Sequence record: PV472050.1
Strand: one strand, 5' to 3'
DNA length: 64,000 nt
A program made the position numbers and the translations under genes. Position 1 is the stretch's first letter, and each line of letters starts with the position of its first letter. Positions 17,513-26,937 of this stretch are shown in pieces. The notes under the pieces are model-generated. The model ran no database searches, was not told the DNA's origin, and worked only from the letters and a program-made list of their open reading frames with translations.

Positions 17513-17557
17513 AATTGAGCAATATGATTATTGTTTAACCCAAAGGAGGAACACTTC

Positions 17558-17962
17558 ATGACAGACCGTTCGTTGAAAACTGACCGAGATGATGAATGCG
17601 GCGGGGGCCCGCTCACGCAGTTTGTCGACTACGTTACGAACAAAGACCATATACGGAACCATGAGAAATACTTGATGGGTCGGTATGCTCGTGGGACTGA
17701 ATCGGGACTGGAAGCGTGGATTAAATTCCAGTACGTCTTCGGGAGAGCGTTCGGTGAAGGGTACGTCGGGAATCTCAAGTTCAGGGTCTATTACGATTTC
17801 GATACAGGGTTCGAGTTGTTTTACGTTCCCTTTGCGTCCGGTCTCCGTCTGGAAAGACAGGGGGATGCACCTATGGTGTTCAGCCCAGATCCCAATCAAC
17901 CGGGTAATGAGAAGGAGTTCATCAAATTCCTGGTTGAACATCAGGCTAATCGTCAGAAATAA
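17558..17962 (+). CDS. Hypothetical protein
   Basis: RBS aaggagga, ATG 17558. Confidence 0.75.
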   Translation: MTDRSLKTDRDDECGGGPLTQFVDYVTNKDHIRNHEKYLMGRYARGTESGLEAWIKFQYVFGRAFGEGYVGNLKFRVYYDFDTGFELFYVPFASGLRLERQGDAPMVFSPDPNQPGNEKEFIKFLVEHQANRQK

Positions 17963-17976
17963 GAACGGGTGTTACG

Positions 17977-18285
17977 ATGATCAAATCCCCTGGGAGTCCT
18001 GAGGAAGAAGTTCCTATGATTCTTCCTAACGGAGAGTTCAATCCTAAATGGAGAACGTGGTACGGTAACCAATACGGCCTGAAACCTAAGGAGGTCAGTT
18101 ATCATCAGGTGGAACGGGTTAAGAAGATGCCTGAACCAGATCTGGTGACGAAGTCGGGTAAACTGAATCCTGTTTGGATCACCTGGTACCGGGTTATCAA
18201 CAAGGTCACTACACCCACCGCTCGCAATGCAGGTAAAGCGATTCTTGCTTTACGAGCTAAACAGACTAAGGAGGAAACAGCATGA
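17977..18285 (+). CDS. Small basic protein with a duplicated GxxNPxWxxWY motif
   Basis: LPNGEFNPKWRTWY and TKSGKLNPVWITWY. Confidence 0.7.
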   Translation: MIKSPGSPEEEVPMILPNGEFNPKWRTWYGNQYGLKPKEVSYHQVERVKKMPEPDLVTKSGKLNPVWITWYRVINKVTTPTARNAGKAILALRAKQTKEETA

Positions 18286-18491
18286 GCACACGACGTTCAA
18301 TGAACCGTCCACCCGTAAGGCCACTGGGTCTCCAGTTTGATCGGGAAGCGTTGTGGTTGGCTCGTATCAGCTTCATGATGACGATGGAGATAGGGACATC
18401 TCAAGGGGCTGAGTTCCTAGCTGCTGAACGTCGGTTTAGCAAGGATGCCATTGAACTCACTACTCGTTTCCTCTCGGGTAATAAGAACTGA
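18282..18491 (+). CDS. Hypothetical protein (69 aa)
   Basis: RBS ggagg; 4-bp overlap with the upstream gene. Confidence 0.7.
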   Translation: MSTRRSMNRPPVRPLGLQFDREALWLARISFMMTMEIGTSQGAEFLAAERRFSKDAIELTTRFLSGNKN

Positions 18492-18561
18492 ATGTCAACT
18501 CTACGTGAAATAGCTGAATGGGTACGTGAGCAATCCTTAAAGACCCAGGAGAGTCAACAAA

Positions 18562-18735
18562 ATGTCCCTGTTACACCAATTCAAGAAATACCCGTTGGCA
18601 ACGAGCTTCCGTCATACAGAAGTTCCGTGTTTCAATACGAAGATGTACGACTTGCCTCAAGTTAACGCTTCGTATGGGAAATCCCAAGTTACACAGTTCT
18701 TGCTCAGACGGGCACTGTTGAAGAAAACGAAGTAA
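18562..18735 (+). CDS. Small hypothetical protein (57 aa, MSLLHQFKKYPLATSF...)
   Basis: RBS aggag before ATG 18562. An overlapping alternative ORF runs 18492-18665. Confidence 0.4.
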   Translation: MSLLHQFKKYPLATSFRHTEVPCFNTKMYDLPQVNASYGKSQVTQFLLRRALLKKTK

Positions 18736-18771
18736 TGTTCTGAACTAAAGAGAATAAGGAGTTCTGCGTTC

Positions 18772-19217
18772 ATGAAACACTTTATCTTTGCAATTCTGCT
18801 GTTCCCCGTGGTAGCGTTCGGTGCGGTTAACCGTGAGAGCGCACTCAACGGTCCTGAGACCTACACCTGTGAAGGGTACACTGACAACGAGGTGGATACC
18901 GTTGAGGGGAGTGATGAAGTCATAACGGACAATCCCATCCAGTGGGAAAGGACCGTGGTGCTTCGAACGACTCGGGGATATGTAATCAAAGCGAATTCAC
19001 TCTTCAAGGAAGATCAAATCCTGATGATAGAACCTTTGATTACGAAGACGGGAACTATGCCGACAATGACACCATCATGCTGTTTAAGAAGTTCAACGAT
19101 GTAGGAACCCCCTATTTCCTCCTCTTCGTTACTGATGATCCCACCGTCAGCGATGAAGAGGAAGATGAGAACCCCATTGTCCGGGTCGTCACCATAGCAC
19201 CCTGTCGTGTGAATTAA
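18772..19217 (+). pseudogene. Signal-peptide (periplasmic) protein split by a 1-nt frameshift near 19018
   Basis: Frame 1 gives MKHFIFAILLFPVVAFG...LFKEDQ and frame 2 continues NPDDRTFDYEDG...APCRVN*. One added base gives a continuous 148-aa ORF (446+1 nt). Confidence 0.65.
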
Positions 19218-19280
19218 CTTCCGGTGCAGAACAGGAGGGGCATCCCTCCTGTTCATCCGTATTAAGATAGGACACGCCCT

Positions 19281-19763
19281 ATGACAATTCGTTTAGACAT
19301 TCTCCATCGGTTTCATCAGATTGAGGGGATACGGGAGACCATCATCGACTTCTCTACCCGACTGTTCGACTACGAGTTTGCCTTGTCGGGAATACCCGCC
19401 CACCTCAAAGACCAATACGAAGTCCCAAACTCGGCAAACGCTTATGATGAGCTCTTCGCGGATACGGATCTCTGTATTCTGGCCTTGGATGAGGATACAC
19501 CCATCGGGATGCTGCTGTCCGCCTACGAACGCCCCAATGACATCGAAGTCTTGTTTGTAGAAGAGAAGTACCGGAACAAGCACGTCGGTAAGGTTCTGGT
19601 TGAACAATTCCACCGCATCAAGCTGGGTCATCCGATCTTTGTCACCGTAATGGCGTGGAATCCCTCCGCGCGTCGCTTCTACGAACGGAATGGCTTTATC
19701 TTTAAGGAAGATAGTCAACATGGAGAACAGGCCTTAAAGGGCGTACGTTCTCTCCTGGATTAA
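19281..19763 (+). CDS. GNAT family acetyltransferase
   Basis: Motif A LFVEEKYRNKHVGKVLV and motif B NPSARRFYERNGF. Confidence 0.9.
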   Translation: MTIRLDILHRFHQIEGIRETIIDFSTRLFDYEFALSGIPAHLKDQYEVPNSANAYDELFADTDLCILALDEDTPIGMLLSAYERPNDIEVLFVEEKYRNKHVGKVLVEQFHRIKLGHPIFVTVMAWNPSARRFYERNGFIFKEDSQHGEQALKGVRSLLD

Positions 19764-19794
19764 ACCCTTACTTCCTACTCACTTCCTAGCAACA

Positions 19795-20355
19795 ATGTTG
19801 GAGTCTAAGATGACTACGATTGTGTTCAGTAACCGCGTCCTTCCTCCTGTCTTCCGTTCGGTCCACGGGGTCTATGAATCCACGGCGATTAAAACCAAGG
19901 ACGGACGACTCAAGTTGATAACGGGTTTCAGTTTCGGGAAAATGGGTGAAATCATTCGCGTAGGGTACATCGATCCCCAGAAACTAACTGATCCCCGGGA
20001 ACTGAAAGCTTACCACGGCCAGGTCTTGGAAGTCATTGAACTGTTCGAGAACTTACAGTTCTGGGTCAAACAAAAGATTCGAGAGTACGAGAGGGGTGGG
20101 TATAAGAGCGTACCCGAATACTGCTCCTTCGTACTCCAACAAGAATACCCCATCCTGATCCACGGTAAGATTAAGGGCGCAGCGTTGAAAGTCGAGTTAT
20201 TTGGTAGAGACATCAATGAAATGGTTTTCTCGACCACGCTGAATAACCCTGATCTCGAACGTATCTTCCTCGATAAGCTGGCGGTCATCGTTGACGGTTT
20301 CCGGAATCACCTTTCTGACGTGGATAATAACGTCACTCTGGATCAATTGTTTTAA
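19795..20355 (+). CDS. Hypothetical protein
   Basis: 186-aa ORF within the co-directional block. Confidence 0.7.
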   Translation: MLESKMTTIVFSNRVLPPVFRSVHGVYESTAIKTKDGRLKLITGFSFGKMGEIIRVGYIDPQKLTDPRELKAYHGQVLEVIELFENLQFWVKQKIREYERGGYKSVPEYCSFVLQQEYPILIHGKIKGAALKVELFGRDINEMVFSTTLNNPDLERIFLDKLAVIVDGFRNHLSDVDNNVTLDQLF

Positions 20356-20365
20356 GGAGAACGGT

Positions 20366-20836
20366 ATGAAATGGATTGTTTTGATCACCACACTCCTGGT
20401 TAGTCTGGCTGTGAAGGCCAACGAAGACAGCTTTGTCTGTCACCAATACGGGTTTACCCAAGACCCTGAGCGTTTCCATTCCCTGTCCATGGGTCCCCAG
20501 GTTAATACGTTCGACCTCACCGCCGACCGAGTAATCTACCAAGGACGTTTGTTTATCGGGGTGGAACCCCGAGACTACGACTTTGATGACACGGTCGTAA
20601 CCTACCTGAATGCGGAACGCAATGAGATTTTGTACTTCTACTTAGTGGGCGAGCAACCTGAAATAGGGATCAGTCGCTTGGTAGAAGACTCGGATACGTT
20701 TTTCAGCGATAAAGCGCTGTTTACGCACTGTTCATTCATCCCTAAAGGAGGAAGCGACGTTGACGATGCTTCCCAACATTCATCTCGTGTTAAAACCGGA
20801 GGAATTAGCGGACTTATCCCCGTACGACATTTTTAA
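20366..20836 (+). CDS. Signal-peptide (periplasmic) protein
   Basis: RBS aaggag, ATG 20366, signal peptide MKWIVLITTLLVSLAVKA, and two Cys (FVCHQY, FTHCSF). Confidence 0.75.
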   Translation: MKWIVLITTLLVSLAVKANEDSFVCHQYGFTQDPERFHSLSMGPQVNTFDLTADRVIYQGRLFIGVEPRDYDFDDTVVTYLNAERNEILYFYLVGEQPEIGISRLVEDSDTFFSDKALFTHCSFIPKGGSDVDDASQHSSRVKTGGISGLIPVRHF

Positions 20837-20987
20837 AGTAAAGGTGGTCAAAGACACGGGTATTGTTATCGCCCACGGCGCCCTTTGCTTTTTCATTAAA
20901 GGTGTCCCTCCGGGTATTAAGCCAGGGGACACTTTGTTCTTGTACAAGGACATGCTAATTCCGAAAGAACAACCTCTTTACATTTAA
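20760..20987 (+). CDS. Hypothetical protein (75 aa)
   Basis: RBS aaaggagga; overlaps the 3' end of the upstream ORF. Confidence 0.65.
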   Translation: MTMLPNIHLVLKPEELADLSPYDIFKVKVVKDTGIVIAHGALCFFIKGVPPGIKPGDTLFLYKDMLIPKEQPLYI

Positions 20988-20995
20988 GGTGACGT

Positions 20996-21328
20996 ATGAC
21001 AGTCGAATTTATTCCCACACCTTTGATGATGCAACACATTACCTCAGGGTATAGTGAAATCAACCAACAGGCACGTACGGCTCTAGAGATCCAAGAGAAA
21101 TCGAGTGACGTACTGGAGCTAATACTTTTCAGTATGCAGCGGGTGAGCGATGCCTCGCGGACCTACGGGTACAGGTCCAAAGACTACCGAGAGGTCTCGG
21201 TCCGAGAAGAACAGTACCAGGCAGGGCTGGAGCTGCTCTATAAAGACCTTCTCCAGGCATTCGAAGCGAGGGTCGAAAACACCACCTCCACGCTCAAGAG
21301 TTTCAAGGACGAAAATGGGCTATGGTAA
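20996..21328 (+). CDS. Hypothetical protein
   Basis: RBS aaggtg; 110 aa, helical. Confidence 0.7.
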   Translation: MTVEFIPTPLMMQHITSGYSEINQQARTALEIQEKSSDVLELILFSMQRVSDASRTYGYRSKDYREVSVREEQYQAGLELLYKDLLQAFEARVENTTSTLKSFKDENGLW

Positions 21329-21600
21329 AGGTTGAGGTTAAACACGGACTCTCAGACTCCCAGCGAGCGGTATTGAAAACCCAATTGCTGGATGTGGGGG
21401 TCCGTGTGGTAACCCTGACGAGGGGAGGTGACGAAACCCTAATAGGGTATGTCTATACCTTCAGTGGTAATAACCCTATTGGGGTTCAGCTTCGTTTACA
21501 GGATCCGTCCCTTTCCCTGACGCCACAACAGTTAGCCAGTTTTAAGTTTGCGATACGGAAGGGGCGGTTTGTTCTAGAGACACGCGGTAAGAAGAGGTGA
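21322..21600 (+). CDS. Hypothetical protein (92 aa), possible paralog of 22678-22938
   Basis: RBS aagga; similar N- and C-terminal patterns to 22678-22938. Confidence 0.7.
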   Translation: MVKVEVKHGLSDSQRAVLKTQLLDVGVRVVTLTRGGDETLIGYVYTFSGNNPIGVQLRLQDPSLSLTPQQLASFKFAIRKGRFVLETRGKKR

Positions 21601-21603
21601 ATA

Positions 21604-22083
21604 GTGAATGTGTTCACACAGTGGATTAAACGGGTCTTCAAACGTCAACATGAGCCTCTCTTGAGTCAAGAGGAGACCAACGCCCTCATTAAGGATGTAA
21701 CCACGGACTACCTCAAAACTGCGGTATCGATCGTGTTGAGAACTGTTCCCCATACCACGTTGGATGGTAAACCGAACCCTCGCTGGATTATGGGTGTCGC
21801 TCCAGGGTTCCCGGATTATGATGTCGAAGCACTGATCGGGGTTATTAACGAACTGCGTAAGGAAGAAGACGACGTCATCGATGACTATGTCTTCCACCGG
21901 AATGAGTCGGCTAATTACCGGAATCTGGATGAAGAACTTCAACCGTTTATTAAGCCCGCTGTACGGTTCAATGAGAATAACAAAATCGAAATCAAGTTAC
22001 TGGGTGGTTGGAAACCTTTTAACCCCGCTGTGTCGGGTTCTGTACGGAGAAAAATGAATGAAGACAAACACTTCACCGCCTGA
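21604..22083 (+). CDS. Hypothetical protein
   Basis: GTG start after gaggtg; 159 aa. Confidence 0.7.
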   Translation: MNVFTQWIKRVFKRQHEPLLSQEETNALIKDVTTDYLKTAVSIVLRTVPHTTLDGKPNPRWIMGVAPGFPDYDVEALIGVINELRKEEDDVIDDYVFHRNESANYRNLDEELQPFIKPAVRFNENNKIEIKLLGGWKPFNPAVSGSVRRKMNEDKHFTA

Positions 22084-22606
22084 GTACATCATCAGTGAGA
22101 ACGGTGACTGGTTCCATTTCAGTGGGTATTGGGGGATGTTCTCCCGGTGCTTGTGTCGGATGGGTGGGAAGTTCCATGAGGCTATCGATGTCTCGTTAAC
22201 CCCGATTAATGTCTGGGAGTGGGAAGAACTGAAACAGGTTCGTATTCGTAAACACCGCACCACTGAGACCAATCCCTTTGCTTTCGCCCATTCGTTCCCC
22301 AAAGTGCATTATGACCACCTGGTAGAAAAAGTGGGGGAGACGATTGCGCGCCTGCTGGTTCACGAGGATCTCTTGGCTGAAATAGACATGTCGCTGTTTC
22401 GCCACATGGACCGTGTGTGGGGATGGGGTGGTGGCGTGCCCTTTATCCTGGTGTGTAAAGAGCGAGACCGTTACCCTGAGCTCCTGGAACATTGGTTCAC
22501 TGTATTGGATAACGAATCCGCGTACTTGAAAAGCATGGATGAGGACATGATGCAACGTTATCTCATCCATACTGAAAGCTGTCGGGCTAAAGCCCACTCT
22601 CACTAA
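22058..22606 (+). CDS. Hypothetical protein
   Basis: RBS ggag; 182 aa. Confidence 0.7.
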   Translation: MKTNTSPPEYIISENGDWFHFSGYWGMFSRCLCRMGGKFHEAIDVSLTPINVWEWEELKQVRIRKHRTTETNPFAFAHSFPKVHYDHLVEKVGETIARLLVHEDLLAEIDMSLFRHMDRVWGWGGGVPFILVCKERDRYPELLEHWFTVLDNESAYLKSMDEDMMQRYLIHTESCRAKAHSH

Positions 22607-22677
22607 TTCCGAACACCCGCTCCTATTCTTTACCTCGGAATGACAATTCAATCGTTAATGATCTATAAGGAACCTGA

Positions 22678-22938
22678 ATGACTACCATCAAAGTCCAACA
22701 AAAACTGGGTCTGGCTGCTTTTGCTATCCTGTCGGACCAACTGAAAGCAGAAGGTATTCACGTGATTAACCCGGTAGAGGGCGAGGTGGTTACCGCTGAC
22801 GATGTGGTTGGTAAAGTCCTGGCTGCCTTCAACCTGGGCAACAAGATTGAAGTGAACGCGGACGTCCCCGCTAGCAATAAAGGGGTGAATTACCGGTTCG
22901 AACGGATTGGGGGAGCGTACTACCTGGTCCGGAAGTAG
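22678..22938 (+). CDS. Hypothetical protein (86 aa)
   Basis: RBS aagga; followed by a hairpin at 22948-22976. Confidence 0.75.
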   Translation: MTTIKVQQKLGLAAFAILSDQLKAEGIHVINPVEGEVVTADDVVGKVLAAFNLGNKIEVNADVPASNKGVNYRFERIGGAYYLVRK

Positions 22939-23004
22939 CTAACGACTCACCCTCCTGCCTTATTGGCAGGAGGGTGTATGTCCTTTATTTGTTATGAGGT
23001 GGTT

Positions 23005-23667
23005 ATGTCAAGACAATCGTTGTTGGAATATGGAAGAGGGTGGTTATGCGACCAGGGTGGTGAGGGTAAAGAGGAATGGACCGCGGGTGACGCGGTGTTC
23101 TACTCCATGAGTGTCAGTCCTTTAGCTTATCCCACCACCACCTTTTGGACGGGTCGTTTCAATATCCACATGGAGAACATCACTGTTCGGTTACATTCGC
23201 ACGATAATGATCCTGAATTGGTGTTGTTCTTCAATAAGCTCAATCTACTGGAGCAGGGCGTACGGGAGTATTGCAAGGCGTTCAGAAAGGTCCTCAATAA
23301 CCCGAAGAAACCCCTAAAGGAACCCGTCTATAAGCGACAGTGGCTCAACCCTGAGAACATTGAAGCGCCCTTCACGGGGCATTATTTCTATTTCATCGAC
23401 CAGGATAAGGCAGGTAGGTTCTGCGTTGGGGATTGTCACCGGACCATCGTGATGTGGATGAACATTCACCACAATGATGGGATGGTCTTTAACAAAGCGC
23501 TGTTAGAAGTTCAACTCAACGCCCTGCAACGCCTGGTGACCTATTTGAAGGAGGCTCAGGTTAAGATCAAGAGTCTTCGTAAGCAATACAAGGTCTTAGG
23601 TTGGGATAAACCTCAGGAGCTCCAGAGTGACTCACCCCCTGAGGACGTTCTTCCAGATCCCCAGTAG
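23005..23667 (+). CDS. Hypothetical protein
   Basis: ATG 23005 after gaggtgg. Confidence 0.7.
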   Translation: MSRQSLLEYGRGWLCDQGGEGKEEWTAGDAVFYSMSVSPLAYPTTTFWTGRFNIHMENITVRLHSHDNDPELVLFFNKLNLLEQGVREYCKAFRKVLNNPKKPLKEPVYKRQWLNPENIEAPFTGHYFYFIDQDKAGRFCVGDCHRTIVMWMNIHHNDGMVFNKALLEVQLNALQRLVTYLKEAQVKIKSLRKQYKVLGWDKPQELQSDSPPEDVLPDPQ

Positions 23668-23675
23668 AAATTAAT

Positions 23676-23695
23676 AAACCTATATTACTCAGGTG
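23676..23695 (+). promoter_or_regulatory. Phage promoter motif, copy 5 (upstream of the chaperonin)
   Basis: aaacctatattactcaggtg; contains TATATTAC, the phiKZ early promoter core. Confidence 0.8.
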
Positions 23696-23731
23696 TAATG
23701 CAATTAGGTATGGTTTAACAGGAGTACGAAG

Positions 23732-25408
23732 ATGTCTCAAACGCTGCTGGTACATGGTGAAGAAGCCCAAGGGATTATTAAACAGGTCTTGAGTGAGGTG
23801 TATGACGCCGTCACTTCGACCATGGGTCCGAATGGTCAGTTGGTGATGATCAAGAATGGGGTCTCCACCAAGACCACCAAGGATGGGGTGACGGTAGCCC
23901 GTTCCATTCGCTTTGCAGATGAAGCCCATGAATTGGTGAACCGGGTAATTACCGAGCCGGCTACGAAGACCGATGAGGAATGCGGGGATGGCACTACCAC
24001 CACCATCATGCTGACCCATGCGCTCTATCACCTGTTCAAGGACTTCCCAGGTTTCCAACACCACCGGAACATTGAAGACCTGGTAGAACGGGTTATCCAA
24101 CGCTTGGAATCCATGGCGATTCGGGTGGAAGTGGATGACCCTCGGTTGTATCAAGTGGCCCTGACCTCGTCTAACCAGGATGAAAAGCTCGCCCGACTGG
24201 TCAGTGAGCTCTATGCGAATAACAAAGGGAGTTATCCGGATATTGAACTCAAGGAAGGGGTCAACTTCGAAGACCAGATCGAACAAACCACAGGGCGCAC
24301 CATCCGCATGTTCTACGCGAATCCCTGGTTTGCGAAAGGCCATCAAGGGGGTGTGACAGAATTGACGGGGTTTACGGCGTTCGTTATCGATCGTCGGATT
24401 GACAAGGAAGACACCCAGAAGTTGATTGATGGGGTGAATCACCTTGTGAAAACCCACAAACAACACCTGGTCCTTCCTATCCTGCTGATTGCACGAAGTT
24501 TCGAAGAAGCCGCTAACTCGACCCTGATGCAATTGAATGCGGCGCACCCAACCCTGGTAGAAGACGGACGTCCTTGGTTAATCCCGTTGAGTACGCCGGT
24601 AGGTGGTGCAATTGGGACCTCTGAACTGCAAGACATCGCGGTCATGCTGAACGCCCCTATGCTCAGTGACGTAGCGGACCTGACCAAGTTGGATACCCAT
24701 TCGATCAATGGCCAACACGGCCAACTGGAACTGGGGGGTAATCGGTCTATCCTGAAGAGTACCACCCCTAAGGATGAAGACCGGATCGAACAACATGCTC
24801 GGGGTATTGAGGAACTGTTGGAGGGGTTTAGCCTCAGCGATAAGTTCTCTGTACGCGCCCGGTACAACGAACGGCGTATTCGGACCCTACGGGGTAAGTT
24901 GATCACCATTTCCGTAGGCGGCGAAACCTATTCTGAAGTCAAGGAACGGGTAGACCGGTACGAGGATGTGGTGAAAGCCATTCGTTCCGCCTTGGAGAAC
25001 GGTATCCTTCCTGGCGGTGGTGTATCCCTGGTTAAGGCGGTCTTCGGTACGATCAAGGAAGGCCTCGAAGATAAAGACCAGAGCGCTGAGTTTGCTAAGC
25101 GGTATATCAACTCAGGCATCGGCAATGAGTTGATGCGACTGTCCACTATTCAGCATAAGCTGTTGTTCAAGGACACGTCACTGTATAAGGAAAATGGGAG
25201 TTTCCATTTTAATGATGATTGGCTCAATACACCGACCGTCATGAATCTGGCAACTGGTGAGATTGGTACCCCGGAGGGATTGGGTATTTATGACACCGCG
25301 TATGCTTCTATCACTGCGCTGAAAGGCGGACTCCAAACCGCTAAGATCTTGGCCACTACGAAGACACTGATCCTAGGGGAGAAGTTGTCGGCGGTTAAGG
25401 TGCGGTAA
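23732..25408 (+). CDS. groEL: Phage GroEL-like chaperonin (ortholog of EL gp146)
   Basis: TMGPNG, TKDGVTVA, GDGTTT and GILPGGG motifs; 558 aa; no GGM tail; near-identical to EL gp146 as recalled. Confidence 0.97.
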   Translation: MSQTLLVHGEEAQGIIKQVLSEVYDAVTSTMGPNGQLVMIKNGVSTKTTKDGVTVARSIRFADEAHELVNRVITEPATKTDEECGDGTTTTIMLTHALYHLFKDFPGFQHHRNIEDLVERVIQRLESMAIRVEVDDPRLYQVALTSSNQDEKLARLVSELYANNKGSYPDIELKEGVNFEDQIEQTTGRTIRMFYANPWFAKGHQGGVTELTGFTAFVIDRRIDKEDTQKLIDGVNHLVKTHKQHLVLPILLIARSFEEAANSTLMQLNAAHPTLVEDGRPWLIPLSTPVGGAIGTSELQDIAVMLNAPMLSDVADLTKLDTHSINGQHGQLELGGNRSILKSTTPKDEDRIEQHARGIEELLEGFSLSDKFSVRARYNERRIRTLRGKLITISVGGETYSEVKERVDRYEDVVKAIRSALENGILPGGGVSLVKAVFGTIKEGLEDKDQSAEFAKRYINSGIGNELMRLSTIQHKLLFKDTSLYKENGSFHFNDDWLNTPTVMNLATGEIGTPEGLGIYDTAYASITALKGGLQTAKILATTKTLILGEKLSAVKVR

Positions 25409-25420
25409 GGGGTTTGTAAA

Positions 25421-25459
25421 GGAGTAGGGGGAAGACCCCTACTCCTTTATTTTTTTTTT
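25421..25459 (+). terminator. Intrinsic terminator
   Basis: ggagtagggg-gaaga-cccctactcc followed by a long T tract. Confidence 0.85.
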
Positions 25460-25570
25460 AAGGAAATCGATGGATGACGAAGCATTTGAAGGAGGTAGAC
25501 ATCCTATGCAGTGAGTCTTGTAACTTCTTTTGACTTACTCCCATTGGACCACCTTTAAGAGGATAAAGCA

Positions 25571-26200
25571 ATGGCTTCAAACCTTCCAATCCAAACGATC
25601 TTCCTCGACAAATTCGTCGAGTTCAACAAAGACCGCTACAAAGACGACGCGGAAATGCTCGCTCTCTTTGACGGCCTGACCCTCGCGGACATCACGATCT
25701 CCGACATCACCGCCGACGGTACCAACCCCGAGCTGCAAAGCGCCACGGTCACCTCTGTGAGCCGCAACTTCAAAGGTGTCGAACAGAAATGGCTGCCGGC
25801 CAACATCAACACTCCGTTCGCCTTCGTGGTGGTGAACAAAGGTGCTCCTCTGACCGGCGAAGACCAACTGGCCGAGCAGACCACCCCGGGTGCCTACGTT
25901 TACCTGGTCGGTGAAGGCGAAGAAGCGGTTCAACGCGTGGGCCTGGTGCTGGCTTCCACCACCACCACTGAAACCCAAGCCGCCGACGCCCTGGCGCTGT
26001 TCAAGGCCAACTTCGAATACGTCCTGGACGACGCCGATGTCGATACTGCCACCGCCAAGGTGCTCAAGGTAACCACCAACCCGTTCACCCGCGGCGAGCT
26101 CGTGTACGAAATTGGTAAGGCTCCGATCATCGAGATTCCGGAAACTGACTACGGTCGTCTGGAATTCAAAGAAATCGTTCAACCCGAACCCCAACCGTAA
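25571..26200 (+). CDS. Probable virion protein, paralog of 37888-38481
   Basis: FLDKFVEFNKDRYKDD versus FLERFIAFNKERYSDE; very strong C-ending codon bias. Confidence 0.75.
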   Translation: MASNLPIQTIFLDKFVEFNKDRYKDDAEMLALFDGLTLADITISDITADGTNPELQSATVTSVSRNFKGVEQKWLPANINTPFAFVVVNKGAPLTGEDQLAEQTTPGAYVYLVGEGEEAVQRVGLVLASTTTTETQAADALALFKANFEYVLDDADVDTATAKVLKVTTNPFTRGELVYEIGKAPIIEIPETDYGRLEFKEIVQPEPQP

Positions 26201-26207
26201 GCTAGAT

Positions 26208-26239
26208 AACTACCCAGTGGGCTAGCCCACTGGGTAGTT
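26208..26239. terminator. Perfect 32-bp palindrome / hairpin
   Basis: aactacccagtgggctagcccactgggtagtt is its own reverse complement. Confidence 0.7.
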
Positions 26240-26278
26240 TACCTCTCTTCGTACCTCATTTCAATTCCAGTGAATTTC

Positions 26279-26298
26279 AAATCTACATCATCAGTGTG
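26279..26298 (+). promoter_or_regulatory. Phage promoter motif, copy 6
   Basis: aaatctacatcatcagtgtg. Confidence 0.7.
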
Positions 26299-26376
26299 AG
26301 CCAGGGGCAATAAAAGTTCACGGATGAATGAATTCTCTTGCAACTGGTGCTTTAAATGTCATTAGGAATATTCACC

Positions 26377-26937
26377 ATGAGTATGAGTACTGCTAAAAGG
26401 GGTAACTTTTCTACGTCCCCCGGCAAGGAAGACGATGATCTTCCTCTGCACGAGATCCGGGATGCCTTTAATCCCGCGTTTGTGAAAACGTTTGACAAAC
26501 TGGGCCTCGACCCACAATTGATCAAAGAGTTTATTTACGCGCTTGATCTGCTCGACAACATCGTTAAGACCCCCAACTTCGTATCGGGCAGAATTCTGAA
26601 TAACCGAGATATCGAAGCGTACGGCGAAGAAGCGGTCTTCGCGTTCAACCGGAATAACAATATCCCGTACTACTACGTGCGGTTGGGTATTACCGTGTCG
26701 GAAACGGTGTACAAATTGCAGGACGAGTTTCTGGAACGTGATTATCCCAAAACGATCCTGAGTATTCTCCGCCCCATGCGCACGCCAGGTATTGACGTGA
26801 CCGTAGACGGCCATCCTTACAACGTAGGGATTACCTTCAAAACGCCTCATCCTTTGTTCGGTTTGGTGAATTACCAAGATCTCCGGACTGGGATGAACAC
26901 TTCAGTCCCCTTCCTACTCACTCGGGTGGGACTTTGA
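26377..26937 (+). CDS. Hypothetical protein
   Basis: ATG 26377 after agga, behind the promoter motif; hairpin at about 26942-26985 downstream. Confidence 0.75.
   Translation: MSMSTAKRGNFSTSPGKEDDDLPLHEIRDAFNPAFVKTFDKLGLDPQLIKEFIYALDLLDNIVKTPNFVSGRILNNRDIEAYGEEAVFAFNRNNNIPYYYVRLGITVSETVYKLQDEFLERDYPKTILSILRPMRTPGIDVTVDGHPYNVGITFKTPHPLFGLVNYQDLRTGMNTSVPFLLTRVGL

Noticed and set aside
18492-18665. 57-aa ORF coupled to the upstream stop codon
   Set aside because: It overlaps 18562-18735, which has a clearer RBS. I cannot tell which is real, so it is not listed as a separate feature.
21322-22938. ~90-aa proteins near groEL as possible GroES
   Set aside because: No GroES motifs (PLxDRV, mobile loop GGI) are present, and the EL-type chaperonin is known to work without one.
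23567-24547. 326-aa antisense ORF opposite the chaperonin, and similar long antisense ORFs (33206-34141, 35120-36106, 37105-38181, 39167-39976, 14489-15136, 25577-26194)
   Set aside because: They lie fully opposite well-supported genes with biased codons, lack an RBS and any recognisable motif, and are the expected shadow ORFs.
25505-25508. TATG late-promoter candidates upstream of structural genes
   Set aside because: A 4-bp motif occurs too often by chance to call without start-site data.
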